A stretch of DNA of 64,000 bases from Cycas panzhihuaensis (GCA_023213395.1 CM041465.1:169701741-169765740), one strand, 5' to 3'. Numbered from the stretch's first letter, positions 27,480-44,433 are shown. Made by a program: numbers and translations. Notes: a model not told the origin generated them from the sequence alone.

Positions 27480-30400
27480 TAATCAAAGATGGAGGCCCTA
27501 AGGCCGAACCACCTTCGGAACTATTCAAACTTCACCTTTTACAGTGGTTTAGTGAAGATATCAGCCACTTGATCTATTGTGGGGCAGTAATCTAATTGAA
27601 TTATGCTGTCATGAACAAGTTCCCTAATCCTATGGACTTTTGTACTTATGTGTTTAGTATGATCATGAAATATAAGATTTTATACCATGCAAATTATTGA
27701 TTGATTATCCACATGGAGACTTGTAGGATTTGTTTGGGTGATTTTCAATGTTTCCAATAATTTTCTCAATTATATCACCTCTTTACTGGTCTCAGAAGTA
27801 GCAATGTATTTAGCTTCGATAGTTGAATCTGTAACTATCTTCTGTCGTCTGGATCTCCATGATATTGGTGCTGTTCTAAGAAATGTTATATACCTAGATG
27901 TAGATCTTTCTGTATCTTTATCTCTTGCAAAGTCTGAGTCTGTGTATGTAGAAAGCTTGAAGTATGAATTAGGTTCATACAATGACTATATTTGCTGGTC
28001 GTCTTAAGGTATCTCAACACTCACATTGTTGCCTGCCAATGATTCTGCTTAGGATTTTTCATGTAATGAGCAAGAATGCCAATAGAGTGTATGATATCTG
28101 GCCTTGTACTGGTAGTGTAGATGAGACTACCTACAAGTTTCCTATATAGTGTTGCGTCTACCTCCTTAGTGTCACCTTTAGCTAAGAGTTTGGTGTTAGG
28201 ATCCATAGGTAATATCATTGGTCGAGCATCTTCCAACTGAAACTTGGTTAGAAGATCATTGATGTATTTTTCTTGGGAGAGGAAAAATTTTCCATTCTTT
28301 TGTGTTACTTTAATTCCTAAGTAATATTTCATCAAACTGAGGTCAGACAATTTAAACATTTTTCCAAGGTCCTTTTTCAGCTGGGTTATTACCTATTCAC
28401 TATTACCCGTTACTAGCATGTCATCCATAAAGATTATGAGATAAGTGACTTTGTCCTTATGGCGCTTGATGAACAACATTGCATTAATATTGTGATAGTC
28501 ACAAACCTCGTATCCAAGTTACCTCATCCTTTTAGACAATTTGGCAAACCAAGTACAAGGGGCTTGTTTAAGACCATATAAGGACTTTCTGAGCCTGCAA
28601 ACCTTATGCTCTTAACCTTTGATCTCATATCCTTTTGGTTGAGCCATATAAATTTCTTCTTCAAGATCTCCATTGAGAGACACAGTCTTAATATCAAGTT
28701 GGTGGATTTTCCAACCTTATTAAGAAGCCAAAGCCATAAGAGTTCTAATTGTAGGTCACTTGGTTATAGGTGCAAAGACTTCAGTGTAGTCGATGCCTTC
28801 CCTTTGTGTAAATCCTTTAGCTACCAACCTCACCTTGTGTTTTTCAAGGGTGCCATCTGATCTATATTTATTTTTGAACACCAATTTATTTTAAACTACC
28901 TTTCTACTAAGTGGTAGATCAATGAGCTTCTATGTACCATTCTTGATAAGGGATTGGTACTCTTTATTCATGGCATTTCTCCAAGCTGTATGCTTTATAG
29001 CTTCTTGGTACGTTAAGGGCTCTTCATTAAGAGTAAGGTACAATTCTACTGGTTCAAGATCAGTATATAATGATTCTTGCATCCTTACTCTATGGGCACT
29101 TCGAGTGCTAGCTTTCCCCACCTCATATGGTCATATGTCCTTATTGAGCTGGCAGGCTTCTCGAGATCCTAGAGTTGGGAATGATGTCATCATTCCCCCA
29201 ACTTCTTGGTTCTCATCATGTTCGTTAAAATGATTATTTTGTGAGGAGGATGTTGATGTGCCTGAGGAAGATGGTCCTTCTCCACTATTTTGCCTTTATC
29301 AACTGAAAATGGAGAGGATGGTTCTTCTATAATGGCTTTGCCTTTGTCAACTCTGCTATCTTCAAAAGATGGTGCTAGATGTGTACTCATTGGTTTAGAG
29401 TCATAACTTGTATCCTCTAAGGCTCTATTATCAGCTTCTAACATTTGGAGTAATTTATGTCTGTCCCTCTTCCCAAAATTTGGAATCTGAACATCATACT
29501 TGATAACATTATTGTAGTGGTGTGAGGGTACTATGGAGTCTAATTTAAGTAACTGATCCTCTGTCTCCGCAAAAACAACATCTCTGGTAATGATGATTTT
29601 TCATTATGAAGGTATAAAGACCTTATACCCTTTCTTATCCATAGGGTATCCAACAAAGATGCCTTTAAATGCCCTTTGCTAGAGTTTATTTTGATCTGCA
29701 TCCAGAATATAGGCATAGCATATAGAGCCAAAATTTTTAAAGTAGTGAAAAATAGGGGCTTATCTTAACCACTTTTTATTAGGTGATTGTACTTCCTTTG
29801 ATGGGCTAACAACATTGATATAATAAACAACTGTCTAGATTGCTTCAACCCATAGATAGGTAGGTACATTTTTATATATTAACATAGCATGAGTCATGTT
29901 CATGATTGTCCTGTTCATGTGTTCAGTAACTCCATTTTGCTGTGGGGTACTTAATACTATTGTTTGATGCTTGATGCCATTGTCTTGAAGGTAGCTTTCA
30001 AACTCATGTGAGGTATATTCACCACCATTATTAGTTCAAAGACATTTGAGTTGATAACCTGACTCTTTTTCAGTGAGGGCTTTGAATTCCTTGAATATAT
30101 GGAATGCTTCATCTTTCTTGTGTAGAAAAGCTACCCATACTTTTCTAGTGAAATCATCAATGAAAGAGATGTAATATAGCTTGCCCTTTAGTGAAGGAAT
30201 GGGCATTGGCCCACACAAATTAGAGTGTACCAATTGTAATGGATGACTTAATTTCCACTGACTTTTGGGAAAGGGTTGTCAATGAGATTTGGCAATGATA
30301 CAAGCTTCACATTTAAAGGGCTTAGAGGAAAACTTTAGAAGGTTTAGAAGAGTGTTAGAAAGATATCTAAGTCTATCAATGTGAATATGGCCCATATGAG

Positions 30401-32058
30401 CATGCCAAAGAGCTTCTGGTGACAACGTTGGATGGGTCAAGATGGAATTAAATGCAAATTCTTCATCATCACAAGGGCTTTGGGTACAATAGGCTTCAAA
30501 AAATGGAGTCATTTAGTCAAAAGAGTTTGCCAAAGAGATGTCCAGTCAAAACCACCTGATTAGTTGGAGGGTAAATGATCTTAAGAGTCTGGTCATTTGC
30601 GGTCACACTCAAATCAAATCCATGAGAAACAAGTGTGGATAAAGAGAGTAGATTTTGTTTGAGATTGGGTATGTATAAGACATCAAGTAATATAAAATCT
30701 TCTAAGCCTAGGAGTTTCAAGCAAATGTTGCTAATTCTTTCAACAAGTTATTATGATTTATCAGCCATGTGAACAACTCCATGAACATTTGTGTTAAATG
30801 TTTGATATAGACTACGATTGCATGTTATATGTTGAGTTGCTCCTGTGTCCATGATCCATTGTCCATCGATTGAAGCCACACTATTGGTAATTCCAATAGG
30901 GCTTGGCATTGGTGAAGGGAATTCACAAGCGATATATCTACACCAAGCTTTAAAGTATCTCTTTGGTTAGTCAATGGTATTTGATACTAGAGATCCCTTA
31001 ATTCTTTGAATATGTACTTATACAAAACCTGCACCACTAAAGGATTCTTCACAAGTTTCTTCAACATTGTGAGCTCCGTGTTTTGGTTGGAACTTAGCCA
31101 ATTTATAAGTGGCAGTTCTGCAATCTTTTGCTAAGTGTCCTTTACAATTACATCGATCACACATAATGGTTTGATTACTAGTCCCTGAAGAAGTACTAGT
31201 TTGGCCCGACTATCTTACTCTTTATTGAGGTGGCCCTTGGCCTTGAAACTGTCGAGGTTGTGATTGGGGGTTTGATTAACCTTGTGGATGATTTCCCATA
31301 TTTCTTCCTCTTCCTCTTGCTCGGTTATTTCCTCTGCCACGAGAGGGACCTTGATTTTTTGTGTAGCAAACTTCTTCTTCTACCTCAAAGGCTACATCTA
31401 GAAGAGAGTCAGAGGCTACAAAGTTTGTATCAAAGGTCTTGTCAAATTCTATGAACTTCTCGATAAGTGCTTTAAAGTTGAGTATCTTCAAAGTTCCACT
31501 AGATTGAAGACTTCCAAGCAAGTTTTTATAATCTGAGACATGTAAACATGACTAGATCAAAAATGCCCAAGTGATGTATTGGGTCTTAAAGTCTTTGTCA
31601 ATTGCCTATTTGATTGGTCAAAGGAGATTTATTATCTCATGAGCTCGTCCCTTTTACAATTTTAATTTGTTTATTTTTAAAATAAGATGAATAAATTCTA
31701 AATCTAACTTTGTATCAAAGTTCTTTATAAGAACTTCTAGGACCTTCCAGGCTGTATCATGTTCCTCTTTGTTTATCAAGTTTTGCAAGGAGTGATCAAT
31801 GACCAACAAAATTCCTGCACGAATCTTTTCATCATCTATCTCCCATTGTAGTTTAGATGCATCATCTGTAGGAGTTGTTGGGGTAGATCCACTCGAAGCA
31901 GCTGTTGTAGTCGTTGCTGGTATGCTGGGTGTAGGTTGCAAGTGGGCTCTCCATAGGCCTTTATACTTTGTAGCATTTTTAATTCCAGTGTACCATATAT
32001 CCCAATTTTCTTTTCCTTTCAATATGTAATTAATATTATGCTTGAATTGAGATGACAT
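27480..32058 (-). pseudogene. gag-pol: Element F gag-pol remnant
   Basis: LKGKENWDIW (gag); WIMDTGATQH (protease); LWHAHMGH...CEACIIAKSH; VHSNLCGP...FIDDFTRKVW (integrase); YRKLVGSLIYTTSTRPDI (RT); YTDSDFA and DQVADIFTKPL (RNase H). Confidence 0.93.
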
Positions 32059-32800
32059 GATGATGATGAAGAAGTAGAAGAGATGATAGAAGTATGTGTC
32101 ACTAATACATATGGCTAGTATACCTGGTACAGTAGGGATATAGAAATGATTGTTATGATGAAAAGTAAGCAATGATTAAGTATTTTTCAATAATTATATA
32201 AAAAAAAAGAGTATAAGTAATGATGCAAGAATGAGGCCTAATGTAGAGTTGGCAAAGAGTGGTGATATGTTATGCCACTAACCTCTCACTTATGTCCAAA
32301 TGTAGGTGAAGTTTCGATGCCTAAGGCTTCTAGTATACGATTAAGACCTTCACCCGCGATACCCGTTCCTAACCCAGTACTCACCGCTAAGTACCTAAGC
32401 TCCACTGAGCAGCTATATACCTCCTTCAAAGAGTCAAATGATACTGCATATCCCACATATGGCGATGATATTGGGTTAATTTTAATCTTGCATTAAGGTT
32501 TTCAATTTTCCTGGGTGGTTATTAGGATTATCCCTGATTGGAGGCCGTAGGTATGGCTAACCTGTCCCTCCACCACTATTCTGGTTAAGACCAGACCCAA
32601 CATGAAACTCACACCTCCCTTAGGGCCTGGACTTTAACTAACCTTGGTCTATTTCAATCAAGGTGAGTGTGTGCATAATTCAAGAACTCACGTTATAGAT
32701 TGTATAGATGAGATTCCTTTTAGAAATAGTATAAGATGTTTCCATATAACTGAAAACTGAAATAGAAACTTGCCAAATGTGCTTGCTTACTTTTCGTGCT

Positions 32801-32920
32801 TGCTTTGTTGTTGTTGCTACTTTTGTAATGCTTTGTTGTTGTTGCTACTTTTGTGATGCTTTATTGTTATTGCTATTTTTATGATGCTTTATTATTATTA
32901 CTATTTTTGTAATGCTTTAT
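32801..32920. repeat. 28-bp tandem repeat (~4.3 copies, TGCTTTGTTGTTGTTGCTACTTTTGTAA) in the leader of F
   Basis: Units start at 32801, 32829, 32857 and 32885 and show progressive G-to-A and C-to-T decay. Confidence 0.85.
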
Positions 32921-34371
32921 GCTATGTGTACAAATAGAAAAAGCATGCTAGATTTAGCAGGGGAACCAGATATTACTTCTGATCCAAGGTTTTACTTGCT
33001 TTAATACAATGTTTCTAAATATAATTTTGGAAGTTTTGATACAAAAGCCACAATGGGCTAAAAAAGGAGATTAATTTTCCACTAAAATGATGATTTTTCT
33101 AAATCTATATGCATGTTATTTTGTCCTATTTTGTGATTTTTTCACAAAAATTATAAATAATGATAAATAGATAATTTTTTAGAAATTACAAATATGAAGG
33201 CCTAAATGATAAAATCTGAATTTATGACAGAAGGAAAAAGTGTTCTGAATGTCATTTATAATAGAGTTGTGAAGTCAGATTTAAGAAAATGAACAAAAAC
33301 TTTTCTACCTAAAAAAGTACCAAAGTAAAATCATGCCAGATCAATTATCTTAGAATCTAGACTTTAATATATCAAAAGTTATGTTTTGACATGTACATTA
33401 ACTTTCCCTTCTACACCATCTACAAAATCTTCCAAACAATTACCCGAAATATCCTTGTAAGGTCCTTTATGGGGTTGAGTAGGAAAAATCAGTAATCGTG
33501 AGAAAACTGCATAGATCTCACTAACCAATGAATGAAATTTGATGAGATTGATCTTAAACTGATCTTAAGATATAAATATACTAGATCCCTTAATAAAACT
33601 TTCAGATCTTCAACTTATAATTAAAGGATTTCATTAGGAAAAGTGCTTTAAATCACTTATCCACAAAATTTACCCTTTTATCACAGCCAAACTCATTATT
33701 GTAGGCTAAATCTAAAGTTTATCTAGAATACAAAAATGATCCTCTAGTCAAGGCTACCTTGCATGCTAAATTTTATCAAATTCTGAAATGGTCAAAATTT
33801 TTATGAAATTTTGGGTCTTTAATGCTTATGGGACTATTCTGATAGCTGAATAGCTTCAAAAACCTGTATTCTTCACCTCTGAATTTCTGCACATATGGAT
33901 AAAATAGCAACATATAAAATAATATAATTTTAAGCTCTCAAAATATAAAAAAATAATGAATGCACTCTCAATACTTCACATTGAAGGTGAAGGAGAGGCA
34001 AAATGACTCCATGCAAGTGGAATGGAGTGAATAGATCCCCTTCTAGCTCTAATACCACATGAAGGAAGGATGGATCTAGGAGATAAATCACTCACATGTA
34101 CACAATGGCAATGGAAAATGAAAAAGAAAACGAAACAAGATATGAGAGCCAGCTTAGAGGTGAGAATGAATAATGACTCCCACCTTAGGATTTCACCTTT
34201 TATTATTGAGGGTGAGCATTAAGGTTAGGATTTTCTCGCATAATGACATGAACCCGAAATTACATCTAAATGTACACAAAGTACATTTTATTAAGAGACT
34301 AATGCTAATAATATATCCTAAAGTCATATAATTAATTTACACAAATGACCTTGATATATTAACCTCTTTCA

Positions 34372-35848
<1,477 letters not shown>

Positions 35849-36679
35849 TAAAATGAAAATTGTAAAGAAAAAACATTGAAAAAACTCTTTTAGAACCCAA
35901 TTGATAAAATATGGTTACACACCTAGGTTATTGGTTGAAATCAGTGGTCTCAAATATGTTTCTGTATAGTAAAATAGGATAGAGAAGTTATAAGTAGAGC
36001 ATAGTATCTAGTGATTTAGCCACACAGAAGAAAGATAGTCATTGAGGCTAATGTCATGTCGAAGAGAACCAGTAGGATTCATGAGAGGGATGAGATGTAA
36101 TAAAAATAAGAATGATTCAACATAGTTATAATGATGCTAAAAAAAGAGGCATGATATAGCTCATGTAGGCATATAGAGATTGACAGCAATGTAAATGGCA
36201 GCTCCATCTAGAGATTCGATATAAAGAGAAGTACGAATAACTCAGTCAAACACACAAAGAATAGCCAATCCAAACAATGAGACCAAAGACAACTGCATAT
36301 AAACAGAAAATGGATGATGGAAGGTAATGTTATTATAATCAAATATTGAGCAGAAGACATGGTAAAATACATAATAAACTTTATAAATATTTATTTACAT
36401 TATCTATATTACTTTGGACACTCTATAAGTTCCCTTCCATATAATCTTAAAGCATCAACAAAATTCTAAAATTATATAGGCAATGTTGAGAAACACCTTT
36501 GGGCCATGAAGATCATTTAAATTATTAGGACATTGGTCTTACCCAACATCTACTAATATTTGGTGTTAAAAATACCATTAAAAAATTAGGTGTGTGGGTC
36601 AGCTAGGGTGGCTAGATTTGGCTCCATACCACCTAATGTTGAAACACTTTTTAAGTTCTTAAATGAAGATTATCTAATA

Positions 36680-39600
36680 GAAATAATCTTGAGATGTGTA
36701 AGTGACATCAAAATAGTCGTGATGGTTGTCATAAGTATTGAGATCTCTAAGGACCTAACTACCCTTAAGATAGATCAATTAAGTATAATGTTGTCAGTTG
36801 TGAAAGAGAAAAAGGAAGGAAGTGAATTTCTAGAGCATGTACTTGCCTCCAAGATAAAAATTAGGCCTATATTTCAAGGACAAAATTCTAGGGGAAGAGG
36901 ACAACTCCTTAGGGGAAGAGGTCAACAACTTATAAATTAAAAGCAATTTTAATGATAAGGTTAAACTATCAAGGTCAAGGTTATCATAAAGGATAAAGTC
37001 ACTTTTATCAAAGATAAAATTAAAGTCAACGACAAAGGTATTTTTAAAGCCAATTCAATCAAGGCTAAGAACAAAATTTTGCACCTCAAGGAAGAGGTAG
37101 AGGTCAAAGTCCTAGGGGTAGAAACCAAGGATAAAAAGGAAGAAATCATAGGGGTAGAGGAATAATCCAATGTTTCTATTTCTATAGAAATGGATAATTA
37201 AAAGAAAATTAATTTGTAAAAGAATCAAATTTATAAATGGGAACTATTAATACAATTGTTGAAGAAAGGCAAGATAAAAGATTATTTTTATCAAGTTTGA
37301 TAGTAAATGAGGAAGAAGGTAGTTAGTACATAGATTTAATATGTTCTACCCACATGATACATAGAGAAGAGTGGTTTAAAGAATTGGACAACACCAAAAA
37401 AAGCAAGATTATACTTGGTAGTAATACCACTTAAGCTACTATTAGTAAAAGGAATATCTCTATACTAACAATTTTTGGAGAAATAAGGTGTATTAATGAT
37501 GTGCTTCATGTCTTAATACTTTAAAAAAATTACTATCAATAGGATAGATGATGGAGTAAAAACATAAGGTAGTCTTTGATAATGGGGAGTGCACCATCAA
37601 AGATAAACTAAAGAACAAAGTAATAGTGGCTAAGGGACAAATGACTAGTGATAGATTATTCAAACTACTCATTTTCCTAATAGATTATTGTGTCTCGAAG
37701 GATTCAACCAATATGGATAATGAAACATAGCATAATAGACTTAGCCATATAAACTATAATAATTTGGCCTTAATGAAGAAAATAGACATGGTGATAGGAC
37801 TGTCTAATATTGAACATAACAAGGAAGTGTGTTATGGGTATATACTTAGGAAATAATAAAGGAAAGGATTCCCTAATAAAAGATATAGGGCCAATGGGGT
37901 CCTTTAATTAGTATACATAGACTTACATGGTCTAATAGATGTGGCTTTACTTGGAGGAGCTAAGTACTTTATGACATTTATTAATGATTTCACAAAGATG
38001 ACTTGGGTCTACTTTCTCAATTTTAAGTCAAATATAGTATAATGCTCTATTAATTTCATAAGTATAATTAAAAGACAAAGTGAACTTAAAATTTTGACTC
38101 TAAGATTAGATAATATGGGAGAATTCATTTCAAATAAATTTTAAGATTATTGAAATTATTTTAGCATAATGAAACAACTCACAATCCTTATACCCCTTAA
38201 TAAAATGGGGTTGTTAAAATAAAAAATAAGAAAAAAATTGAAATAGTAAGAAGTATGCTTAAGGATAAGCATCTAAGAAATGAATATTAAGTAGAAGTTA
38301 TATACACAACTATCTATTCATTGAATAAGTATACTACCAAAGCAGTTAGATGGGTTATACTAAAATAAGCTTAAACAAGTTATGAGCTAAGCATCAAACC
38401 CTTAAGAGTTTTTTGGTGTATAGCTTATGTATATATATCGGAATAAAGGAAAATAAAATTAAATAACAAAAGTACTAAATGCATATTTATAGGATATAGT
38501 CACTTTTCTAGATCCTATAAACTTTATGATCTAAAAGGCAAAAGGATTATTATGAGTAGGGATATCATCTTCAAGGAAGATGAATACTATTAAGAAGAAG
38601 TTGTTAAAAAGGATAAGAGTAAAAATATCATGGTTGAAATGGACTCAATCTTTAATAGTACAAATACACATAATACAAATGAAGCAAGACCTTCTACGTT
38701 AAGTCAAAGGGTCCTAGAATAGATTCAAAGAGCTTATAGCCCTCAAAATATCTTAGACACCAACTTTGAGAGAAGAATTACAAGAAGGGTAAACTTTGCA
38801 CTTATGACTCAACTTATGGAGTCTAATAAGCCTCATAACTTTAAGGAGATAAACAATTAAGAAAAATAGAAGAATGAAATTTAAAAAAAGTACAATACCT
38901 TAATGAAAAATGATACAGAGTTAGTAGATTTACCACCTAGCAAGAATTCTATTAGGAATAAATAAGTATACAGGACCAATTATAAATTATATGGGTCTAT
39001 TAATAAGTATAAGTAAGGTTAGTTCCAAAAGGCTATGCTCAAATTAAGGGCATAGATTATAATGAGACATTTGCACTTGTTGTAAGGTTAGAAAGAGTCA
39101 AGTTAATCATGGCCTTAGCTGCACAACAAGGTTAGAGAGTACATCAAATGGATGTAAAAAGTTCCTTCTTAAATACCTATATAGATGAAAAAATCTATAT
39201 CCAATAACTTAAGGTATTTAAAATAAAAGGAAAAGAAGAGAAGTTCTACAAACTTAAAAAAGCCCTGTATGAAGTCAAGCAAGCACTTAAAGCACTGTGC
39301 TCTAGGATTAATAAATATTTTAAGAGAAATGGTTTCAAAGAATCTAATCATACCCTAATTTATATATTAGATTGGAAAGAAGCTCAATATTAACTATGGG
39401 CTTATATGTAGATGACTCAGTATATACTAGAAATAGTGATCACTTATCCTAAAAGTTTAAGAAAGATATATATAAAGAATTTGACATGACAAACTTAGGA
39501 CTTATGCATTACTTATTAGATATTGAAGTATGGTAGGATGAAAAAGAGATATTTATTTTCTAAAGAAAATATACATTAGAGATGTTTCATAAGTTTAACA

Positions 39601-40350
39601 TGAGTAATTACAAGCCACTTGCAACTTTAATAGAGGTTGGGTTGAAATTGTCCAAGTTTAAGGAATCATAATTAGTTGACCCTATACTTTATAGGTAGTT
39701 GATTATGAGTCTAATTTACTTAATTTTAACTCAACCAGATATTATGTATGTAGTCAATGTGGTTTCTAGACTTATGCATGAGCCTAAGGTTAAACACTGA
39801 CAAATAACCAAAAGAATTCTTAGGTATCTCAAGGGTATTATTAGTTATGGATTACATTATAGGTCATTAGTGGACTATAGGTTAGTTGGCTATATAGACT
39901 TAGATTGGACAAGTTGTATAGATGATAGAAAATCTACTTCAAGATATATATTTAGTTTGGGTTTAGTAGTAGTAGAATTAAGCTTAAATAAGTAGGCCAC
40001 AATATCTCTATTTATTACAAAAGTAGAGTATAAAGCAACTGTACCAAGAGCATGTAAAATAGTTTGACTTAGAAGATTACTTTAGGATTTATGGGAATAA
40101 TAGTTGGTCCTACTTAGTTACTTTGTGATAACCAAAGCAATAGTTAGATACTTATGAATCTAGTATTTCATGGTAGGACAAAGCACATTAAAAAATAACG
40201 TCACTTCATTAGAGAATTAATATAGTAAGATGAATTAGAATTAGTGTATTACATCACTGAAGAATAGGTAGTAGATGTATTCACAAAGGCACTTGGAAAA
40301 ATAAAGTTTATCAAATTTAGAGATAAACTTGGAGTCTCCCTAAATAGATA
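36680..40350 (+). pseudogene. gag-pol: Element C gag 3' part and pol remnant
   Basis: SIEISKDLTTLKIDQL; *YIDLICSTHM (protease); VHIDLHGL...FINDFTKMTWVYFL (integrase); KGYAQIKGIDY and HQMDVKSSFLN (RT); GRTKHI and VVDVFTKALGK (RNase H). Confidence 0.92.
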
Positions 40351-41397
40351 TTATAAGGAGAAATATTAGAATAATGCCTATATTGGGGTTTATATTCACC
40401 TTGGGGAGATTAACCATATTTAGATGATAACCTAGATTAATGGAGATACTTTGGTGGTAACATGTCAGGCATTTGTCAATGCTAATTGGCGGTGGATTTT
40501 AAGAGGTGTGTTAAACCCCTCTTTGTCCCATATATTTATTCAAGTGTTTTGATGACCCTAGTATTCATCAACACCACCATCCTCATAAACTAATGGTTCT
40601 CCCTTGCTTACATTTCATTATGTTCCACTTGTCCCCTGATTCCATGAATTAGTGTGTTTTATTTTAAAATAAAGTTACTTTCTAAAATTGTAGTACTGTG
40701 GGCTATGTTTAATTGATGATAATATGATTTTATTAAGTAAGATATTAGAGTGAAATAGGAATGAGGGTTTTACAATAGTGTATATATAATTATTTGGGGG
40801 CATAACCAAAGGATGAAGCTAATAATTTTTAGCATTGGTTGTTTATAAATGAATTTAATTTCTTGAGAGGTAGGTTTAATTTAACTTAATTTGATTATAA
40901 TTTATTAAATGACTATGGTGCATGTTAATTAAACTATATATTTTGATATATACATAACAACATAAAAGTATGAGTATGATGTTAATAAAGTAGTGGTATA
41001 TATGATTGTGATAAATAAATAATAAAGGACAAAGTTAATATTCAGAGAGATAATCATCTGAATTAGTAGTGAGTAATGCTATTGTAATTATTTCTATTAT
41101 AGAAATTATATATATTTTTCTCTTTCTTTTAAATAATCTTTTAGTTTTTTAAAAGAAATATCAATTATTCAAATAGAGGATATTCTATTTTAGTTATACT
41201 TGAATATAACCTTAATTTAATATCATATATATATTATTACACATATAATGTATATCTTGTTGGTGCTTAAAATCTCAATAAGTTGCTTAAAATGGTGAGT
41301 GGATGAGATAAATCCTACAAATATATGATGGAAGGATATTTATAGGGGTGGAAAAGTGTGTTCATAAATTATAATGTAAAAGACATGAGGATATTAT

Positions 41398-43447
41398 TAT
41401 TGGGATGTAATATTAAATTTATATTATTACTACCCCTTATGTTAACCAAGGGATGTATATAATTAAGGCACTCTTAACAAATGGATAATATTAAGAGTTG
41501 TGCTATTGGTTCATAGGTTATTATAAAGGCTCAATATTATGATTTGCCTATAAGGAGGTCATTGTTACTATATATGTACTTATGATTAGTGCAAATCCCT
41601 TGAGGGATGTACATTCTTTTACTAATTTAGTTTGCATGCTTTCATAGTATATGATTATTTGATCTATTTGTTTATATTGTTTGCATGGTTAGTCTTTTAT
41701 TTTCTAACATGTGGTATTAGAGTTGTAAGGTTTGATGTGTAGTGAGTATATATATTTAGTTCTTTTAAAATTATATTATTGGTTTGAAGCTTGTTTTGTA
41801 TATATGTGCTAGTATTACGCCTGGTAGTATATTGCTTGATGTGAAGAATATTTAGTTATATAAAAGCCCTAAAATTAAAGCCATTGTGATGCTTGTGGAC
41901 ACTTGGATGCATGTAATATGAGGACCTCTACTGTATATAAAGTGAAGTTTGTTGGTTAAAGAGTGAGTAGTTCATGAAGACAATGGAGATATCTCTATTT
42001 AACTATTAAGGCTTTCCAATATAGGAGGATATTAAGTAAGGATGCTACATGTTGAATAATACTATATTCTTAGAGATTTGAGGTGCATTAAATCTTAAAG
42101 AACCTTGAAAATTAGTGGTTACTACTATGTAGAAGGGATCCCTATTTACTTATTAAAACAATTATTAATCTATACTGAATAGAGTCCCTATTTTAGGGTT
42201 ATTGAGAGTAATTGATAAAAACTATTCCATTTCTAATTTGGAGTAGAACATGGAGGTGTGAAGTCAAATAATTAAGATTGTACATGGTTGGGATATTCAT
42301 GTGGTCTATTTTGGTAAGCCTCCTAGAGTAGTTACATGGAATTTTTGATGTGATTGGAGGACTTAATAAAGGGGTCTAACTTTTATTTTTGCCTAATTTT
42401 TACTTTTTCACGACCTATTAGTAGTATTTCCTCCATAACTTTTTACTAGGGTGCTAGATTAACGAGTTGTCTATTCTATCAAATTCCTTACTTCAATATG
42501 GTTCAAATGAGTGGCTATATGACCTATTTTAAGCATTCTGAGTAAGATATTTTAATTAAAAAAACTTAATGATTTCATGGTGAATCATTTAAAAAGGGTT
42601 TTTTTTTTAAATTAAATTTTATGCATGGTTTAGACTACATATGTTTAACATAGTTTTGATAAAAATCTGTGCATTATGTATGGACAGTGTGTTGAAATTT
42701 GTCATATTATAGTGTAAGTGTGCTTTAGATGGATCAAGTGATAGGTTCATATTAAAAAAGGTTTCTTATAGTTGTAATTATTGTTTGCAAGACTTGTGAA
42801 TGGGTTGTTGTTGAATAGCCCTTGTTCTTCACTTAGGTTTAAAGTTGAAGATGTATATGCACAAGGGAACTGCACTTTATAAGAGGATATAGATACCTAT
42901 AGATTGTATTAGGAGTAATGCATAAGAGTCAAATTACTCCATGGGCTTTGCAATAAGTGTTTATGGTTTGCATGGTTCTATATATTTAAGCCATTTTTTA
43001 TCCATATGAGATTAGTATGATATGTTGAGTAGATTTAAAGTAAATCAATGAATATGTTACAATTTGATAAAGGCTTTACACTATTCTATTGGTAGTCTAT
43101 GATTTGTGATATGAATTAAATATTATAGGAGAGATTATTTGGATTTAATATTAAATTTATGTTATTACTATCCCTTATCTTGACTAAGGGATGCATGTAT
43201 TTGAGGCACTCTTAATAGGTGGACAATATTAAGAATTATGTTATTGGTTCATAGGTTGTCATAGAGGCTCACTATTATGATTGCCTTGGAAAAAGGTCAT
43301 TGTTAGTACCTATGTACTTATCATTAATACAAACCCCTTGAGGGATGTACATTTTTTTGCCAATTATATTTGTATGCTTTTATATTACATGATTATTTGA
43401 TCTCTTTATTTATGTTATTTACATGGTTAGCCTTTTATTTTCTAATA
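41398..43447 (+). mobile_element. Element I: small non-coding non-autonomous LTR element (TRIM/LARD-like, Copia-related); LTRs 41398-41709 and 43136-43447
   Basis: ~312-bp LTR pair (CCCTTGAGGGATGTACATT in both). PBS TGGTATTAGAG at 41712. PPT ATAGGAGAGAT at 43125-43135. TSD ATTAT/ATTAC. The 1.4-kb interior has no ORF. Confidence 0.88.
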
Positions 43448-44240
43448 ATTACAACATTACTTTAAAATAACATGACTAATTATATATGTTAAGGGAATGT
43501 GTAGTGGTGACAATAAAGTAGAGACTAGATATGATAACTTTAAATGGAGGTAACCTAGAGAGTTAAACATTATAAGGATAGGAATAATAATCCTACGAGA
43601 ATCACATATAACTTATGACAACTTTAGTACATGATAAGAGTGTGAAGGGAATGACAAATAATGAAGTCTTAAGAGAACATATCAAAATTATGAATGAAAA
43701 GAAAGATAGGCTCTAATAATATATATGGTAAAATTATAGAAATAATCATAATATAAAGGAAGGAGATATCAAAGTTCATTAAAACTAAACATAATAAAAA
43801 AACACATACCAAAGATAAATGGGAGCAATAATTATATATAAGAGATGCACCAAATGGATGCAAAAGTAGACACAAAAAACACATATAAAGAATGAAGAAA
43901 TAGTACATAAAAATAGAAATACTACTAATACATCAACCGATGATAAGCTTGAAGAGGGGAACAAACAATAGGTAGAGAAACCAATAGAATGTAAATGATG
44001 TATACTAATTGATATCAATAATAAATTGAGAATGAAACAATGTTGGATGTACATAGAAGATATGAATGGAATAATAATGATTTTTTTTTACAAAGTAGGA
44101 ACTTGGCTCTAATACCACTTGAGGTGACCTAGGTTAGTCTCACTCATATGTAGGAGGCTAATATTAATTAAAGGCCTAAATTATCTAAAGATATAATTGA
44201 ATATGATATTAAATGATGATATAAAGTTACATTTAACACA

Positions 44241-44433
44241 TACCTATCTATCTACTAACTCTCTCTCTCTCTCGCTATCTATATGTATACACACACACAC
44301 ACACATACACACACATATGTATATCTATTCTTCTCATAGCCACATGAAGCATTAACTCATACCACATATATACACACACATATATATGTGTGTGTGTGTG
44401 TATGTATATGTGTGTAGATGGATAGATAGATTT
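44241..44433. repeat. Compound microsatellite inside the A2 5' LTR, left of J; continues at 47451-47565
   Basis: (CT)n, (CA)n, (GT)n and (GATA)n on the left; (TA)n, (GA)n and (CA)n on the right. The A2 3' LTR has only a short (CA)n at 8879-8902. Confidence 0.9.

Noticed and set aside
32801-32920. Regularly spaced short repeats as a CRISPR-like array
   Set aside because: Head-to-tail tandem units with no spacers, in a eukaryotic retrotransposon leader.
36590-36940. 116-aa ORF as an intact gene
   Set aside because: Chance fusion of G LTR sequence (to 36679) with the resumed gag frame of C.
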